IMG/VR virus record: IMGVR_UViG_3300008110_000029
Strand: one strand, 5' to 3'
Origin: a virus
Lineage: Duplodnaviria > Heunggongvirae > Uroviricota > Caudoviricetes
DNA: 64,000 nucleotides
Positions 8,360-17,667 of the stretch are shown piece by piece. Position 1 is the stretch's first letter. Every line of letters begins with the position of its first letter. The notes under the pieces were generated by a model. The model was given only the letters and a program-made list of their open reading frames with translations, had not been told where the DNA came from and did no database searches. The position numbers were made by a program, and so were the translations under genes.

Positions 8360-9772
8360 ATGAAAACATTACTTAAGGTAATGCTGGCGTCATCTGTGAC
8401 AGCATTTATACCTGCACCTGCACACGCAGACGAATACAAAGACACACTTGAAATTCTAAAAAATAAAAATATTCTTACACAGAAAGAATATGATATTAAA
8501 CTTAAAGAATATGAAGAAAAAGAAGAAAACAAAAAGTTTATTGAACAGAGAATTGACAGAGATGTCAGCGACTCAGTCAAATACAGACAGGCCAGAGTTA
8601 ATGACGGATCAGTCACAGAAAACGGAATTGGACTCAAAAGCAAAGATGGCGGCAACACCGTCCAGCTTACAGGTCGACTACATATGGACTATCGTCAGTA
8701 CTCCCCGGATTACGGTACAGGTCAAACCACAGATTCGTACCAGAATACTGCTGAAGCACGACGAGCCAGATTTGGAGTAAGAGGTCAGTTTGCCAAAGAT
8801 TTCAAATATCAATTATTAGCAAACTTTGGTGCCAGTGATGGTTTTAGTTCAACATCGAGTACAGCAGATGAAATGTGGGTCAACTATGCTGCAAATCCAG
8901 AAGCACAGTTTCAATTTGGTTTATTCAAGATGCCATTCAGTCTTGAGCAGTTAACAAGTTCAAACAATCTTGACTTTATGGAACGCAGTTTAATTGGTCA
9001 AAATGATACAGAGTTTATACCTGCTAAAGAAACTGGATTTATGTTACATGGTATTCCTAAGCCTGGCTTAACATACGCTCTAGCATTAAGCAGAGGTAAG
9101 AGCAATAAGAGTGCCGAGTTTGATGGCTTTGACTACATTAGTCGTGTAACTACAAACATCGCTGAACTAACCGGAAGCAAAGCATATACAGCACATTTAG
9201 GTGCCGCTTATAGTACAGGTGAAATCAAAAGCGGTGTAGCTCCAGCAAGTGGTAGAACAGAATCACGTATGCAATCAGGATGGTTTACAGGATCTGCTCT
9301 TAGCGGTGCAACTACAAGAACACGTCAAGGCCTCGAAGCTGCATTTGCTTATAATGCATTTAAGGTGCAAGGCGAACATTTTCAATTTAATTATGATCCT
9401 GCAACAGGTAACGATCAGAAAATAAATGGATACTATGTGCAAGCTGTGTATAATCTAACAGGTGAGTCACACTCATATAAAGATGGCGCATTTGGTTGGA
9501 TCAAACCTGCTAATCCTTTGGACAAAGGTGGTCGTGGTGCATGGCAAGTTGGTGTACGTATGAGTGAGTTTGATGCCAGTGACATTACTGTAGCTACCGG
9601 CAAATCAAATCGTGCTACTGCTATGACATATGGTGTTACCTGGTTCTGCACAGACAACCTACGTTTTATGTTAAATTATGTAGACACAAAATTTGATAGT
9701 CTAGTAGGCAGTTCAGGTAGTCGTGTAAACGGCGAACGTGCTGTTATGTTTAGAAGCCAACTAAGTTTTTAA
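8360..9772 (+). CDS. Phosphate-selective porin O/P family outer-membrane protein
   Basis: 470 aa. Signal peptide 'MKTLLKVMLASSVTAFIPAPAHA', a charged coiled N-terminal segment, then a long Gly/Tyr/Ser-rich beta-strand region ending in C-terminal '...SQLSF' (terminal Phe). Position next to pstS. The resemblance to OprP/OprO is from memory. Confidence 0.6.
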   Translation: MKTLLKVMLASSVTAFIPAPAHADEYKDTLEILKNKNILTQKEYDIKLKEYEEKEENKKFIEQRIDRDVSDSVKYRQARVNDGSVTENGIGLKSKDGGNTVQLTGRLHMDYRQYSPDYGTGQTTDSYQNTAEARRARFGVRGQFAKDFKYQLLANFGASDGFSSTSSTADEMWVNYAANPEAQFQFGLFKMPFSLEQLTSSNNLDFMERSLIGQNDTEFIPAKETGFMLHGIPKPGLTYALALSRGKSNKSAEFDGFDYISRVTTNIAELTGSKAYTAHLGAAYSTGEIKSGVAPASGRTESRMQSGWFTGSALSGATTRTRQGLEAAFAYNAFKVQGEHFQFNYDPATGNDQKINGYYVQAVYNLTGESHSYKDGAFGWIKPANPLDKGGRGAWQVGVRMSEFDASDITVATGKSNRATAMTYGVTWFCTDNLRFMLNYVDTKFDSLVGSSGSRVNGERAVMFRSQLSF

Positions 9773-9793
9773 TAAATAACTTGGCATTTATAA

Positions 9794-9820
9794 TGCCCCA
9801 TCTAATGGGGCTTTTTTTTG
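9794..9820 (+). terminator. Rho-independent terminator after the porin gene
   Basis: 'GCCCCATCTAATGGGGCTTTTTTTT'. Confidence 0.75.
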
Positions 9821-9830
9821 GACACACTAA

Positions 9831-10010
9831 ATGGAAACACACAAACGAACACTAACACGAGCAATTACATGGAGAATTACCGCAACTCTTATAACTGCGG
9901 CATGGACAGGATTGGCAGGAGCTATCGTTATTAATATTTTTATGACTGTTGCCCACTACATACATGAACGATTTTGGCTAAAAATTGAGTGGGGTAAACA
10001 GATCAATTAG
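9831..10010 (+). CDS. Small two-TM membrane protein, DUF2061-like (59 aa; not in the supplied ORF track)
   Basis: ATG at 9831 to TAG at 10008. 'TRAITWRITATLITAAWTGLAGAIVINIFMTVAHYIHERFW' resembles the DUF2061 small membrane protein family. Confidence 0.35.
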   Translation: METHKRTLTRAITWRITATLITAAWTGLAGAIVINIFMTVAHYIHERFWLKIEWGKQIN

Positions 10011-10032
10011 CCTATTTTAATGAATTTCACTA

Positions 10033-10061
10033 TGGTTTTCTGGTAGTTTTTATCATATAAT
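10033..10061 (+). promoter_or_regulatory. Candidate sigma70-type promoter for the pqqA-like ORF (-10 TATAAT at 10056-10061)
   Basis: A perfect TATAAT sits 57 nt upstream of the ATG. The -35 is weak (TGGTTT). RBS AAGGAG lies 7 nt before the ATG. Confidence 0.3.
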
Positions 10062-10118
10062 GCAGATACATACTGTTGCAATAGTATGTTTTTATTGTTG
10101 TTAAAAAGGAGAAGCATT

Positions 10119-10190
10119 ATGTGGACCAAGCCAGAAGCAACCGAGATGCGTTATGGTTTTGAGATCACTATGTACATCGCTAATCGCTAA
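10119..10190 (+). CDS. pqqA: PqqA-like 23-aa peptide (pyrroloquinoline-quinone precursor family)
   Basis: Translation [23 protein letters not shown]. This matches PqqA peptides (e.g. Klebsiella [23 protein letters not shown]) in length, the MW(T/K)KP start, R-x-GFE-(I/V)-T-x-Y and the conserved Glu/Tyr pair. It has its own RBS and terminator. Confidence 0.6.
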   Translation: MWTKPEATEMRYGFEITMYIANR

Positions 10191-10209
10191 TACATAGTAT
10201 CAAAAATCA

Positions 10210-10235
10210 AAACCCGCTCCGGCGGGTTTTTTCTT
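10210..10235 (+). terminator. Rho-independent terminator after the pqqA-like ORF
   Basis: 'AACCCGCTCCGGCGGGTTTTTTC'. Confidence 0.75.
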
Positions 10236-10293
10236 GACTTTTATTGCAAATATGTTATACTATATGCTCAGTAACTAATTTTGGAGATATACT

Positions 10294-10665
10294 TTGAGTA
10301 TGCATTTGGAAGGTCCGTGGCTCAGTACCACAGGCAAGAAAAAAAGCAAACGTAAATTTCGTAATGCTGAAGAAGCACGTAAGTCTCGCGAGTTACAAGA
10401 TTCTTGGCAGTCGTTGTTAGAAAAGTATGATGTGCCAAAAACTAGTAAACAGAAAAAATTTGAACCATTAAAGGCCAAATCAGCACCTATAAGAGAGACT
10501 CCAAAGATTCCTAGTCTTCCTTTTACTGCTGGACCTTGTACTAAACCAGAGCAGAAAGTTTATACTGGTACAAAAGTTAAAGGTATTGGCACTATGCATA
10601 AAAGTAATGCTGTTCCAATTTTTTCAGACGAAGAAGCTGTAGAAATTGCCAAAATGAGGCGATAA
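10294..10665 (+). CDS. Hypothetical basic protein (123 aa, Lys/Arg-rich N-terminus)
   Basis: ORF with a preceding A/T-rich region. 'GKKKSKRKFRNAEEARKSRELQ' suggests nucleic-acid binding. No specific family. Confidence 0.4.
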   Translation: MSMHLEGPWLSTTGKKKSKRKFRNAEEARKSRELQDSWQSLLEKYDVPKTSKQKKFEPLKAKSAPIRETPKIPSLPFTAGPCTKPEQKVYTGTKVKGIGTMHKSNAVPIFSDEEAVEIAKMRR

Positions 10666-10729
10666 TACCACATTTTAGTACCAAAATGAGTGATATATGC
10701 TATATAAAAATACGTTTCGCAAAGAAACT

Positions 10730-10900
10730 AAGATAGTAGAACCAAAGTATGTCAAAAGCTGAAACGGTTCCGCGAGTCTTGGCCAATTGGAAACCCGTGA
10801 GATTCGGGCGGTCAAGGCTCCAAAGGCACACAAGTTATGAGATTGTGCGTCCAATGGAGACAACTACACGAACCCAGGGTTCTTCATTTAGAGCCTCGTG
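10730..10900 (+). other. GC-enriched, apparently structured non-coding segment upstream of the endolysin gene (candidate cis-regulatory or small RNA)
   Basis: In a roughly 35% GC genome this roughly 170-nt stretch is near 50% GC. It contains several short complementary segments (CCGCGAG/CTCGTG; CCCG-N7-CGGG; GAACC-CAG-GGTTC). No convincing ORF. The 62-aa minus-strand ORF in the track has no start context. Confidence 0.25.
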
Positions 10901-10965
10901 AAGTTTACTCCCTTAATGTAATGTAATATGAAGTTCGTATTACACCAAATGAAAGGAGATACAAA

Positions 10966-11505
10966 ATGGAAAAAGTAATAAAACCTATAATTTTGATTAT
11001 TGGGTTAGTACTAACAGTAATGTCTATTAAAGCTGTTACAGCCGTAAAACTAAATCAATTAAAACAGACAGCAGGAGTTTCTTATTCTGATGTTGTCACA
11101 ATTCGTGAACGTGAGCGTCAGTTAGATTGCTTGGCTAGAAATATCTATCACGAAGCGGCCAGCGAACCATTTGAGGGTAAAGTTGCGGTAGCACAGGTTA
11201 CAATGAACCGTGCATCCAGCGGCAAATTCCCAAATGATATTTGCGGTGTTATATACCAAAAGAATGTTTTCTATGAAAAAGTAGTTTGCCAATTTAGTTG
11301 GTACTGCGAAGGTCACGGTAAAAGCAAACCAATTCGTAGCAAAGAAATGTACGACGAATCATATCGTGTTGCTAAAAAAGTATTGTTAGAAAACTTTAGA
11401 CTTGACGTTATGAAAGAAGCCATGTATTATCATGCTGATTACGTGAACCCTCAATGGGGTAGAGAAAAGATTGGCAAAATTGGTCGTCATATATTTTACA
11501 AATAA
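10966..11505 (+). CDS. Cell-wall hydrolase, SleB/CwlJ family, with N-terminal signal-anchor (SAR-endolysin candidate)
   Basis: 179 aa. N-terminal TM 'IKPIILIIGLVLTVMSIKAV'. 'LARNIYHEAASEPFEGKVAVAQVTMNRA' matches the SleB hydrolase_2 core. RBS AAAGGAGA. A holin-like gene follows. Confidence 0.7.
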   Translation: MEKVIKPIILIIGLVLTVMSIKAVTAVKLNQLKQTAGVSYSDVVTIRERERQLDCLARNIYHEAASEPFEGKVAVAQVTMNRASSGKFPNDICGVIYQKNVFYEKVVCQFSWYCEGHGKSKPIRSKEMYDESYRVAKKVLLENFRLDVMKEAMYYHADYVNPQWGREKIGKIGRHIFYK

Positions 11506-11514
11506 GGATTAAGA

Positions 11515-11826
11515 ATGGAAAAGTTTGAGTTGTTGTTTAATAAATGCAGAGAATTTTTATCTACCAAATTAAGTCACATCAGTAGCGAAGCTTTGGGTTG
11601 GTTAGCTACTATTGTGATTCATGCATCAACCTTGCCAACGTTTCTTGCAGTTATGATGGGATTAACTGACAAGCTACCTGGCGTTGATATCATTCTAATG
11701 GTTTGGGGTGGACTAACCTTGTTGTTCTTTAGAGCCGTGTTAATCAAAGACATGCTCAATGTAGCAACAATTGGATTTGGTTTTATTCTTCAAGCTGTAT
11801 TCATGTCACTGATTTTCTTTAAGTAA
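11515..11826 (+). CDS. Small membrane protein, holin candidate
   Basis: 103 aa with two to three TM segments. It is immediately downstream of the endolysin candidate. Confidence 0.35.
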   Translation: MEKFELLFNKCREFLSTKLSHISSEALGWLATIVIHASTLPTFLAVMMGLTDKLPGVDIILMVWGGLTLLFFRAVLIKDMLNVATIGFGFILQAVFMSLIFFK

Positions 11827-11908
11827 TTTTGGTAATCACCGTAGTTGACTTTGGTCGACTGCGGTGTTATATTAGTAACTGTCTTAACACACACAGAAAG
11901 AGGCATTA

Positions 11909-12384
11909 TGAAAAAGGCAATTTTAGTAGGCTTAATGGCAGCGGCTATTACAGGCTGTTCGTCTATGAAAGATATTCCAGAACGTAAAACTTATGCTCAA
12001 CCTAGTTGGTATCAGGATTGCGCACAAGAAGGCATCAAAGGCTGGTTCTGGTGGAAAGAAGACTATGTCTATGCCTGCGGTGCAGGTGAATCAGCATACG
12101 CACAGGCTGCTGAAGAGCAAATGGATGCAATTGCAATGAATAACTTTGCAAAACGCATTAATGGTACAGTAAACTCTGAAACTGTAATTGATATCAAAGA
12201 CGATAAGAAAACTACTCGTACACTGATTTCTTACAAAGTTACTGATACTGCTATTCGTCGTCACGTCAAGACCGAAAAAGGCCACTTTACGATGAATGGA
12301 CGCCACTACACTTATGTACGGCTTGAAATGAAAAAGTCTACATTTGAACAATTGATGAACGAAGCTAAACAGAAAGCACAATAA
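11909..12384 (+). CDS. Lipoprotein (possible spanin component)
   Basis: 'MKKAILVGLMAAAITGCSS' lipobox. The start was taken at the ATG preceded by GAAAGAGG. It is the third gene in the lysis cluster. Confidence 0.5.
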
Positions 12385-12698
12385 TGAAATTATTGATTAT
12401 TGCTGCTACCGCTGTAATTTTAGCGGGCTGTAGTTCTGCCCCTAAAATTGCAGCCGAAAAGCCGCAGTATTGTCACACTTATCAAACAATAAAATCTAAG
12501 AACGGTGATACTGTTAATAGTGAGACTACTGTCAAATGTACTGATGATCAGGTTGAACGTGTAACTTCAAAACGTCTAGGTATGGCGGACAATTGTGGTT
12601 ATTTTACTAGTTATATGAAAGTTGGAGGCAAAGATGTTCCGTATCGTGCGATTAGTTGTTTTGACGGTCGTAATTGGGAAATCATTAATGTTCAGTAA
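12384..12698 (+). CDS. Lipoprotein (possible outer-membrane spanin)
   Basis: 'MKLLIIAATAVILAGCSS' lipobox. ATGA overlap with the upstream gene. Confidence 0.5.
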   Translation: MKLLIIAATAVILAGCSSAPKIAAEKPQYCHTYQTIKSKNGDTVNSETTVKCTDDQVERVTSKRLGMADNCGYFTSYMKVGGKDVPYRAISCFDGRNWEIINVQ

Positions 12699-13053
12699 TG
12701 CATTAGCATCTGATTTTAATAATCCTAAATTTTTTGAATATTCAGGTGGTGATTTTATAAATCGTCTTTCTGATCTTAGTTTTGGATGGTTTAAAACACT
12801 ATCAACTGAAGAAAGTGTAGCTTATCACCAAAGCATAACCCATGCGATAATGTACGCAGATAATGGGCAAAGTGTACGTTGGTTTAGAGGAAATGCCAGC
12901 GGCGAATCTACCCCAATTATGACATATCCCTCAGGCAATGGTTATTGCAGAAGGATATATATTAGAGTAATTGCCCATGAAACTGAAAAACGCCTAAAAA
13001 ATACGGCCTGTTATAATAAGACAAACGACAGGTGGATGTGGGTCAATGAATAA
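12622..13053 (+). CDS. Secreted hypothetical protein
   Basis: Signal peptide 'MFRIVRLVVLTVVIGKSLMFSNALA'. The true start is probably the internal ATG at 12634. Confidence 0.4.
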   Translation: MEAKMFRIVRLVVLTVVIGKSLMFSNALASDFNNPKFFEYSGGDFINRLSDLSFGWFKTLSTEESVAYHQSITHAIMYADNGQSVRWFRGNASGESTPIMTYPSGNGYCRRIYIRVIAHETEKRLKNTACYNKTNDRWMWVNE

Positions 13054-13077
13054 ATATAACATTAAGGAGATATTTTT

Positions 13078-13773
13078 ATGGCCTCAGGATTCCAACAAGA
13101 CACAAACCAACTAAGTCCTAATTTTTATAGAGTAACTATTGATCTTAGTGGTTATGATTCCACAGCCGCTAATACGACTTCGGGTAGTGTTGAACCTGAT
13201 AGCGGCGATTCTTTCGCAACAATGAACACAACTTTAGCAAATTCAAGACGTCGTGCTAGAGGTAACTTACGTTGGGAAGCAATTATCAGCAACCTGTCAA
13301 AGCACAGTGATTGCCAAATTTTAGATGTTACTGCTACAGAAGCAGGCCCATCAACTCTAGATGTAGCAGATGATGTTACTACTGCACTTTCTTTCACAGT
13401 TAGATATGATCGTGATGCATTTGTATTGCCTGGTGTTCAAGCTCAGTTAATTGCCGAGGGAAGAATTTCCGGTGGAGCAGCCAAAATGACTGATCATGAA
13501 ACTCTTGGCAGTGCAACTAGTTGTACCACAACTGCATTAGCTGTTAAAGAAATGATAGTTCGTGGTATTACTAAAGGATATGCCGATTATCTAACTAACG
13601 TTTCTACTGCTGTTAATTCATCAACAGACGTATTTCAAAAGTCTGCTAGAGTTTATGACGGCATCGGTGGTGGTCAAGAAACGGTTACAGTTGCATCCCC
13701 AGTAACTCCAAAGGTTGCTCATACTGATGTGACAGTGACACTGGTTGACACAGTTACCTTGGTGAATGCATAA
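13078..13773 (+). CDS. Hypothetical protein (231 aa, Thr/Ser/Val-rich; possible virion protein)
   Basis: RBS AAGGAGA. No motif. Confidence 0.4.
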   Translation: MASGFQQDTNQLSPNFYRVTIDLSGYDSTAANTTSGSVEPDSGDSFATMNTTLANSRRRARGNLRWEAIISNLSKHSDCQILDVTATEAGPSTLDVADDVTTALSFTVRYDRDAFVLPGVQAQLIAEGRISGGAAKMTDHETLGSATSCTTTALAVKEMIVRGITKGYADYLTNVSTAVNSSTDVFQKSARVYDGIGGGQETVTVASPVTPKVAHTDVTVTLVDTVTLVNA

Positions 13774-15085
13774 TAGCTTAATGCTACTAGCCTATCTACT
13801 ACTACTAACTGGTTTAACAATTTCAGCGGTCGCAATCTACTACTCAGTAGTTGGTTTGGCCGCTATTTTCTCTGCGGCTGTTATTCCTATCTATATTATG
13901 GGAACAACGTTAGAGGTTGCCAAACTAGTTTGCGCCAGCTGGTTAAAAGCCAACTGGGAACGTGCTCCACGTTTTATGAAATACTACATGAGTATTTCTG
14001 TAGTAGTATTGATGATTATTACTTCTATGGGTATCTTTGGATTTCTGTCAAAGGCACATACCGATCAAAATTTAGTCAGCGGCGATGTACAAAGTAAGAT
14101 TGCTGTGTATGACGAAAAAATTAAAACAGAACGAGATAACATAGACGCAGCCAAGAAAGCTTTGAGCCAAATGGATGCACAAGTTGATCAAATGTTGGGT
14201 CGTACAGACACTGATCGAGGAGCAGAACGTGCTGTACAAATTCGTCGTAATCAAGCAAAAGAACGTGCAGCATTGCAAGCAGATATTGCCAAAGCTCAAA
14301 AAAATATTTCTCAGTTACAAGCAGAACGTTCTCCAATTGCAGCAGAAGTTCGTAAAGTAGAAGCAGAAGTTGGCCCTCTAAAATATATTGCTAAGTTTAT
14401 CTACGGTGATAAAGGTGCCGATGTAAACATGCTAGAGAAAGCTGTTACCTGGGTAATTATCCTTATTGTTATTGTGTTTGATCCATTGGCAGTTATCATG
14501 TTGTTGGCAGCACAAATGACATTCCAGTGGAATCGCGAACAGAAAAAAGTCAACGATGAAATGCACGATGAGTATGACTTTTCTAATGGAGTAAAAGGTC
14601 CGGTACTTCCACCTGAAGTACCTCCAGCACCTTGGCCATTTCCTGCTAAGATAGATACTCTTGTTGAAGCCGAAGATCGTCATAATGAATCTATTGATCT
14701 AGAAAAAGTTGCGACAGAAAAACCTAACAATGTAGATCCATTTCCGGATGCAACAGTTAATCCTTTAGATACTCCAGATTTTTTGAAAAAAGCTGAAAAT
14801 CGTGTTAAAGAAAAAGTAGAAGAATTGGAAGAAACTCCAATGCCTATTGATCAATGGAATAAAATGATTGAGGAGGCAGAGAAAGCTGCAGAGGAAGAAG
14901 CCAACAGGCTTAAAGAAGAACTAATTGCAACTGAAGAAGCTAAGAAATGGGCTGAGGAAAATCCTCAAACTGAAGAAGCCGAAAAAGCTAAAGAGTGGGC
15001 GGACGAAGAAGAGACCAAAAAAAAAGAGTTGACTTGGTTCGAGAAGGAAGGCAAGGAACAGGTCAAAAAGAGCCGCTTAGAATAG
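13766..15085 (+). CDS. Membrane protein with long coiled-coil and Glu/Lys-rich C-terminus
   Basis: 439 aa with multiple TM segments at the N-terminus and mid-protein. Heptad-like 'AKKALSQMDAQVDQMLGR...' and a C-terminal 'EEAEKAKEWADEEETKKKE' region. Confidence 0.45.
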   Translation: MHNSLMLLAYLLLLTGLTISAVAIYYSVVGLAAIFSAAVIPIYIMGTTLEVAKLVCASWLKANWERAPRFMKYYMSISVVVLMIITSMGIFGFLSKAHTDQNLVSGDVQSKIAVYDEKIKTERDNIDAAKKALSQMDAQVDQMLGRTDTDRGAERAVQIRRNQAKERAALQADIAKAQKNISQLQAERSPIAAEVRKVEAEVGPLKYIAKFIYGDKGADVNMLEKAVTWVIILIVIVFDPLAVIMLLAAQMTFQWNREQKKVNDEMHDEYDFSNGVKGPVLPPEVPPAPWPFPAKIDTLVEAEDRHNESIDLEKVATEKPNNVDPFPDATVNPLDTPDFLKKAENRVKEKVEELEETPMPIDQWNKMIEEAEKAAEEEANRLKEELIATEEAKKWAEENPQTEEAEKAKEWADEEETKKKELTWFEKEGKEQVKKSRLE

Positions 15086-15366
15086 AAGGCTATCAACAGA
15101 ACAGCGAACAAAGCAATTCTACAGTTTGGAAAAAAATTAAAGAAAGACAACCAGTAGAAGATAACTTTACCCCACGCGATAGAATATATAGAAATCTAAA
15201 CAAAGACAATTTAAGTTCTTTGGATCTAGAAATTTATAATGAAGAAGATCCCGAGCTAATTAGAATTATGACGTTTATTAAAAAATTGCGGTCTCGTGAA
15301 ATAAAACCGGAAGACTTGTCAGTCGAAGATGCTGAAATCGTTGCAGAAGTATTATCTAAAATCTAA
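14995..15366 (+). CDS. Hypothetical protein (123 aa)
   Basis: ORF only. Its start overlaps the previous gene, so its reality is uncertain. Confidence 0.3.
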   Translation: MGGRRRDQKKRVDLVREGRQGTGQKEPLRIEGYQQNSEQSNSTVWKKIKERQPVEDNFTPRDRIYRNLNKDNLSSLDLEIYNEEDPELIRIMTFIKKLRSREIKPEDLSVEDAEIVAEVLSKI

Positions 15367-15758
15367 TGAATAAAATTACTTTGGTTACTGAGCCAGATGA
15401 TATACTGGTAGATGCTTTTAGAATATTGTGCGTAAATCTAACCGTAGATCAAACACAGTTTCTTTCTGACATCGTAAATGATATGGAATATATAGTTGAC
15501 ACTGTTGTATATGTTTGGAACGATGGAGATGACGAAAAATGGTTATTTGATAAAAAGACAAAAAGTAATCTAATTGTCTTTAATGCAAGTACAGAATGTG
15601 GAGAGATAAATGGATATCTAGCTGCACAACCAAATTCGTTTTATTTTGGTCCTCTCAGAAATTTATCTCTCGTAAATATTAGAGATATATATGATGCAAC
15701 AGATTTTAAAGATACTTTATTAGAATATATCAGGAAATATGAACAAATTTACGAATAA
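15366..15758 (+). CDS. Hypothetical acidic protein (130 aa)
   Basis: ORF only. Confidence 0.4.
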   Translation: MNKITLVTEPDDILVDAFRILCVNLTVDQTQFLSDIVNDMEYIVDTVVYVWNDGDDEKWLFDKKTKSNLIVFNASTECGEINGYLAAQPNSFYFGPLRNLSLVNIRDIYDATDFKDTLLEYIRKYEQIYE

Positions 15759-15978
15759 ACCTTCTGGTAGTGTAGTTACAGTTAAAGATGGCGAAGATAT
15801 TAATCGTGCTCTTAGACGTTTTAAGAAAAAAATAGAAGAATCCGGCACACTTGACACCCTCCGTAAAAAAGAATTTTACGAAAAACCTACTACAGAACGT
15901 AAGCGTAAAAAATCAGCGGCTAAGGCACGTTGGCGCAAACAATTACGTTCACAAGAATTACCACCTAAACTCTATTGA
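15739..15978 (+). CDS. rpsU: Ribosomal protein bS21
   Basis: 79 aa. '[58 protein letters not shown]' follows the bS21 pattern (E. coli '[60 protein letters not shown]'). Confidence 0.88.
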   Translation: [79 protein letters not shown]

Positions 15979-16009
15979 CATCTGAAAGAAAGTAGTTTAT
16001 AATAGTACT

Positions 16010-16591
16010 ATGAACTCAGATATAATGATAGACCTCGAAACCCTTGCCACCACTCCTGATGCTGCAATTTTAAGTATTGGCGCAGTGAAATTTGATCCGT
16101 TTGGGCAAGAATTAAAAGAACCAGCAATGGAAAGTTTTTATCTACGTGTAGATATTGACAGTTGTGATCGGTTAGGATTAGCTACATCACAAGATACTCT
16201 TGAATGGTGGGCAAAACAAAGTCAAGCAGCTCAAGACGAAGCATTTGGAACCGAAGGTAGAGTTGATATTGTTAGTGCTATGAATCAACTTTATAAATTC
16301 TGTTGGGGTGCTAAACGTGTATGGAGTCACGGTGCTGGCTTTGACGTTGTTATTTTAGAAACAGTATTTCGCAAAATGGGAAAAGGTTACCCTTGGAGTT
16401 TCTGGCAAGTAAGAGATACTAGAACAATTTTTGATCTTGGTATCAATCCAGACCGCCCTGAAGTATTAGCTCACCATGCGTTACACGATTCTTATAATCA
16501 AGCAATTGGTGTGCAAAATGTTTTCCGTAGATTGCGAACATCGTCGACATTAGACGGCCAATTGCTTTCTCCATTAAAGGATTCAAGATGA
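16010..16591 (+). CDS. DEDDh 3'-5' exonuclease (DnaQ-like/RNase T-like)
   Basis: '[23 protein letters not shown]' is Exo I motif D-x-E. '[11 protein letters not shown]' is the Exo III H-x4-D motif. Confidence 0.62.
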   Translation: MNSDIMIDLETLATTPDAAILSIGAVKFDPFGQELKEPAMESFYLRVDIDSCDRLGLATSQDTLEWWAKQSQAAQDEAFGTEGRVDIVSAMNQLYKFCWGAKRVWSHGAGFDVVILETVFRKMGKGYPWSFWQVRDTRTIFDLGINPDRPEVLAHHALHDSYNQAIGVQNVFRRLRTSSTLDGQLLSPLKDSR

Positions 16592-17667
16592 GAATCGAAG
16601 ATGAAATCAAATTAGATTTCAAAGATGTTCTTATTCGTCCTAAGCGCAGTACTTTATCAAGTCGCAAAGAAGTTGACTTAACAAGGACTTACAAATTTAA
16701 ACACAGTCGCGCCGAGTGGACAGGAGTTCCGATTATGGCCAGTAACATGGACGGTGTTGGTACACTAGAAATGGCTCATGCTCTATATCAACACAAAATG
16801 TTCACTTGCCTAGTTAAGAATATCAGTACGGTATACTTTGAAACAACCGTACAAGATATAGGAGGCAATCATTTCGCAGTAAGCACAGGGACTTCCGAAA
16901 AGGACTTTGAAAGATTAAGTAACATACTTAATTCTTATTCCGAAATAAAATTTATCTGTATAGATGTAGCAAATGGATATAGCGAACACTTCGGGGACTA
17001 TGTAGAAGAAGTGCGTGAGGCATTTCCTAATCACACAATTATCGCAGGTAACGTTGTTACCGCAGACATGACACAGGAGTTAATTTTACGTGGAGCAGAT
17101 ATTATCAAAGTGGGCATTGGTCCAGGCAGTGTTTGTACAACTAGGATACAAACTGGCGTCGGTTATCCTCAGCTCAGTGCTATTATTGAGTGTGCTGACG
17201 CTGCTCATGGTCTCGGCGGCCATATTATTGCTGATGGTGGTTGTGTGTGTCCCGGTGACATTGCTAAGGCGTTTGGCGCCGGAGCAGACTTTGTAATGTT
17301 AGGAGGCATGTTAGCCGGTCATGATGAGGGCGGCGGTGAAGTTATTGAAGAAATGCACGAACTTTCAAAACTTCAAAAAGATATGTTTTCAAATGATTAT
17401 GAAATTAAAAAATATGTAGAATTCTATGGAATGAGTTCAAATACTGCTATGAACAAGCATCATGGTGGCATAGCTGAATATCGTTCATCAGAAGGACGTA
17501 CGGTAAGAGTACCGTATAAGGGCCCGGTCCAAAGTACAATTTTGGATATGTTGGGCGGACTGCGTAGTTCTTGCACATATGTAGGTGCTGCAAGTCTTAA
17601 ACAATTATCTAAATGTACTACATTTATTAGGGTCAATATGCAATTTAATGATGTCTTTACGAGATAA
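16588..17667 (+). CDS. guaC: GMP reductase
   Basis: 359 aa, near-colinear with E. coli GuaC: '[26 protein letters not shown]', '[36 protein letters not shown]', '[14 protein letters not shown]', '[12 protein letters not shown]'. Confidence 0.92.
   Translation: MRIEDEIKLDFKDVLIRPKRSTLSSRKEVDLTRTYKFKHSRAEWTGVPIMASNMDGVGTLEMAHALYQHKMFTCLVKNISTVYFETTVQDIGGNHFAVSTGTSEKDFERLSNILNSYSEIKFICIDVANGYSEHFGDYVEEVREAFPNHTIIAGNVVTADMTQELILRGADIIKVGIGPGSVCTTRIQTGVGYPQLSAIIECADAAHGLGGHIIADGGCVCPGDIAKAFGAGADFVMLGGMLAGHDEGGGEVIEEMHELSKLQKDMFSNDYEIKKYVEFYGMSSNTAMNKHHGGIAEYRSSEGRTVRVPYKGPVQSTILDMLGGLRSSCTYVGAASLKQLSKCTTFIRVNMQFNDVFTR

Noticed and set aside
10675-10863. 62-aa minus-strand ORF in the GC-rich intergenic segment.
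   Set aside because: No start context, and the region looks like structured non-coding RNA. Reported as a candidate RNA element instead.
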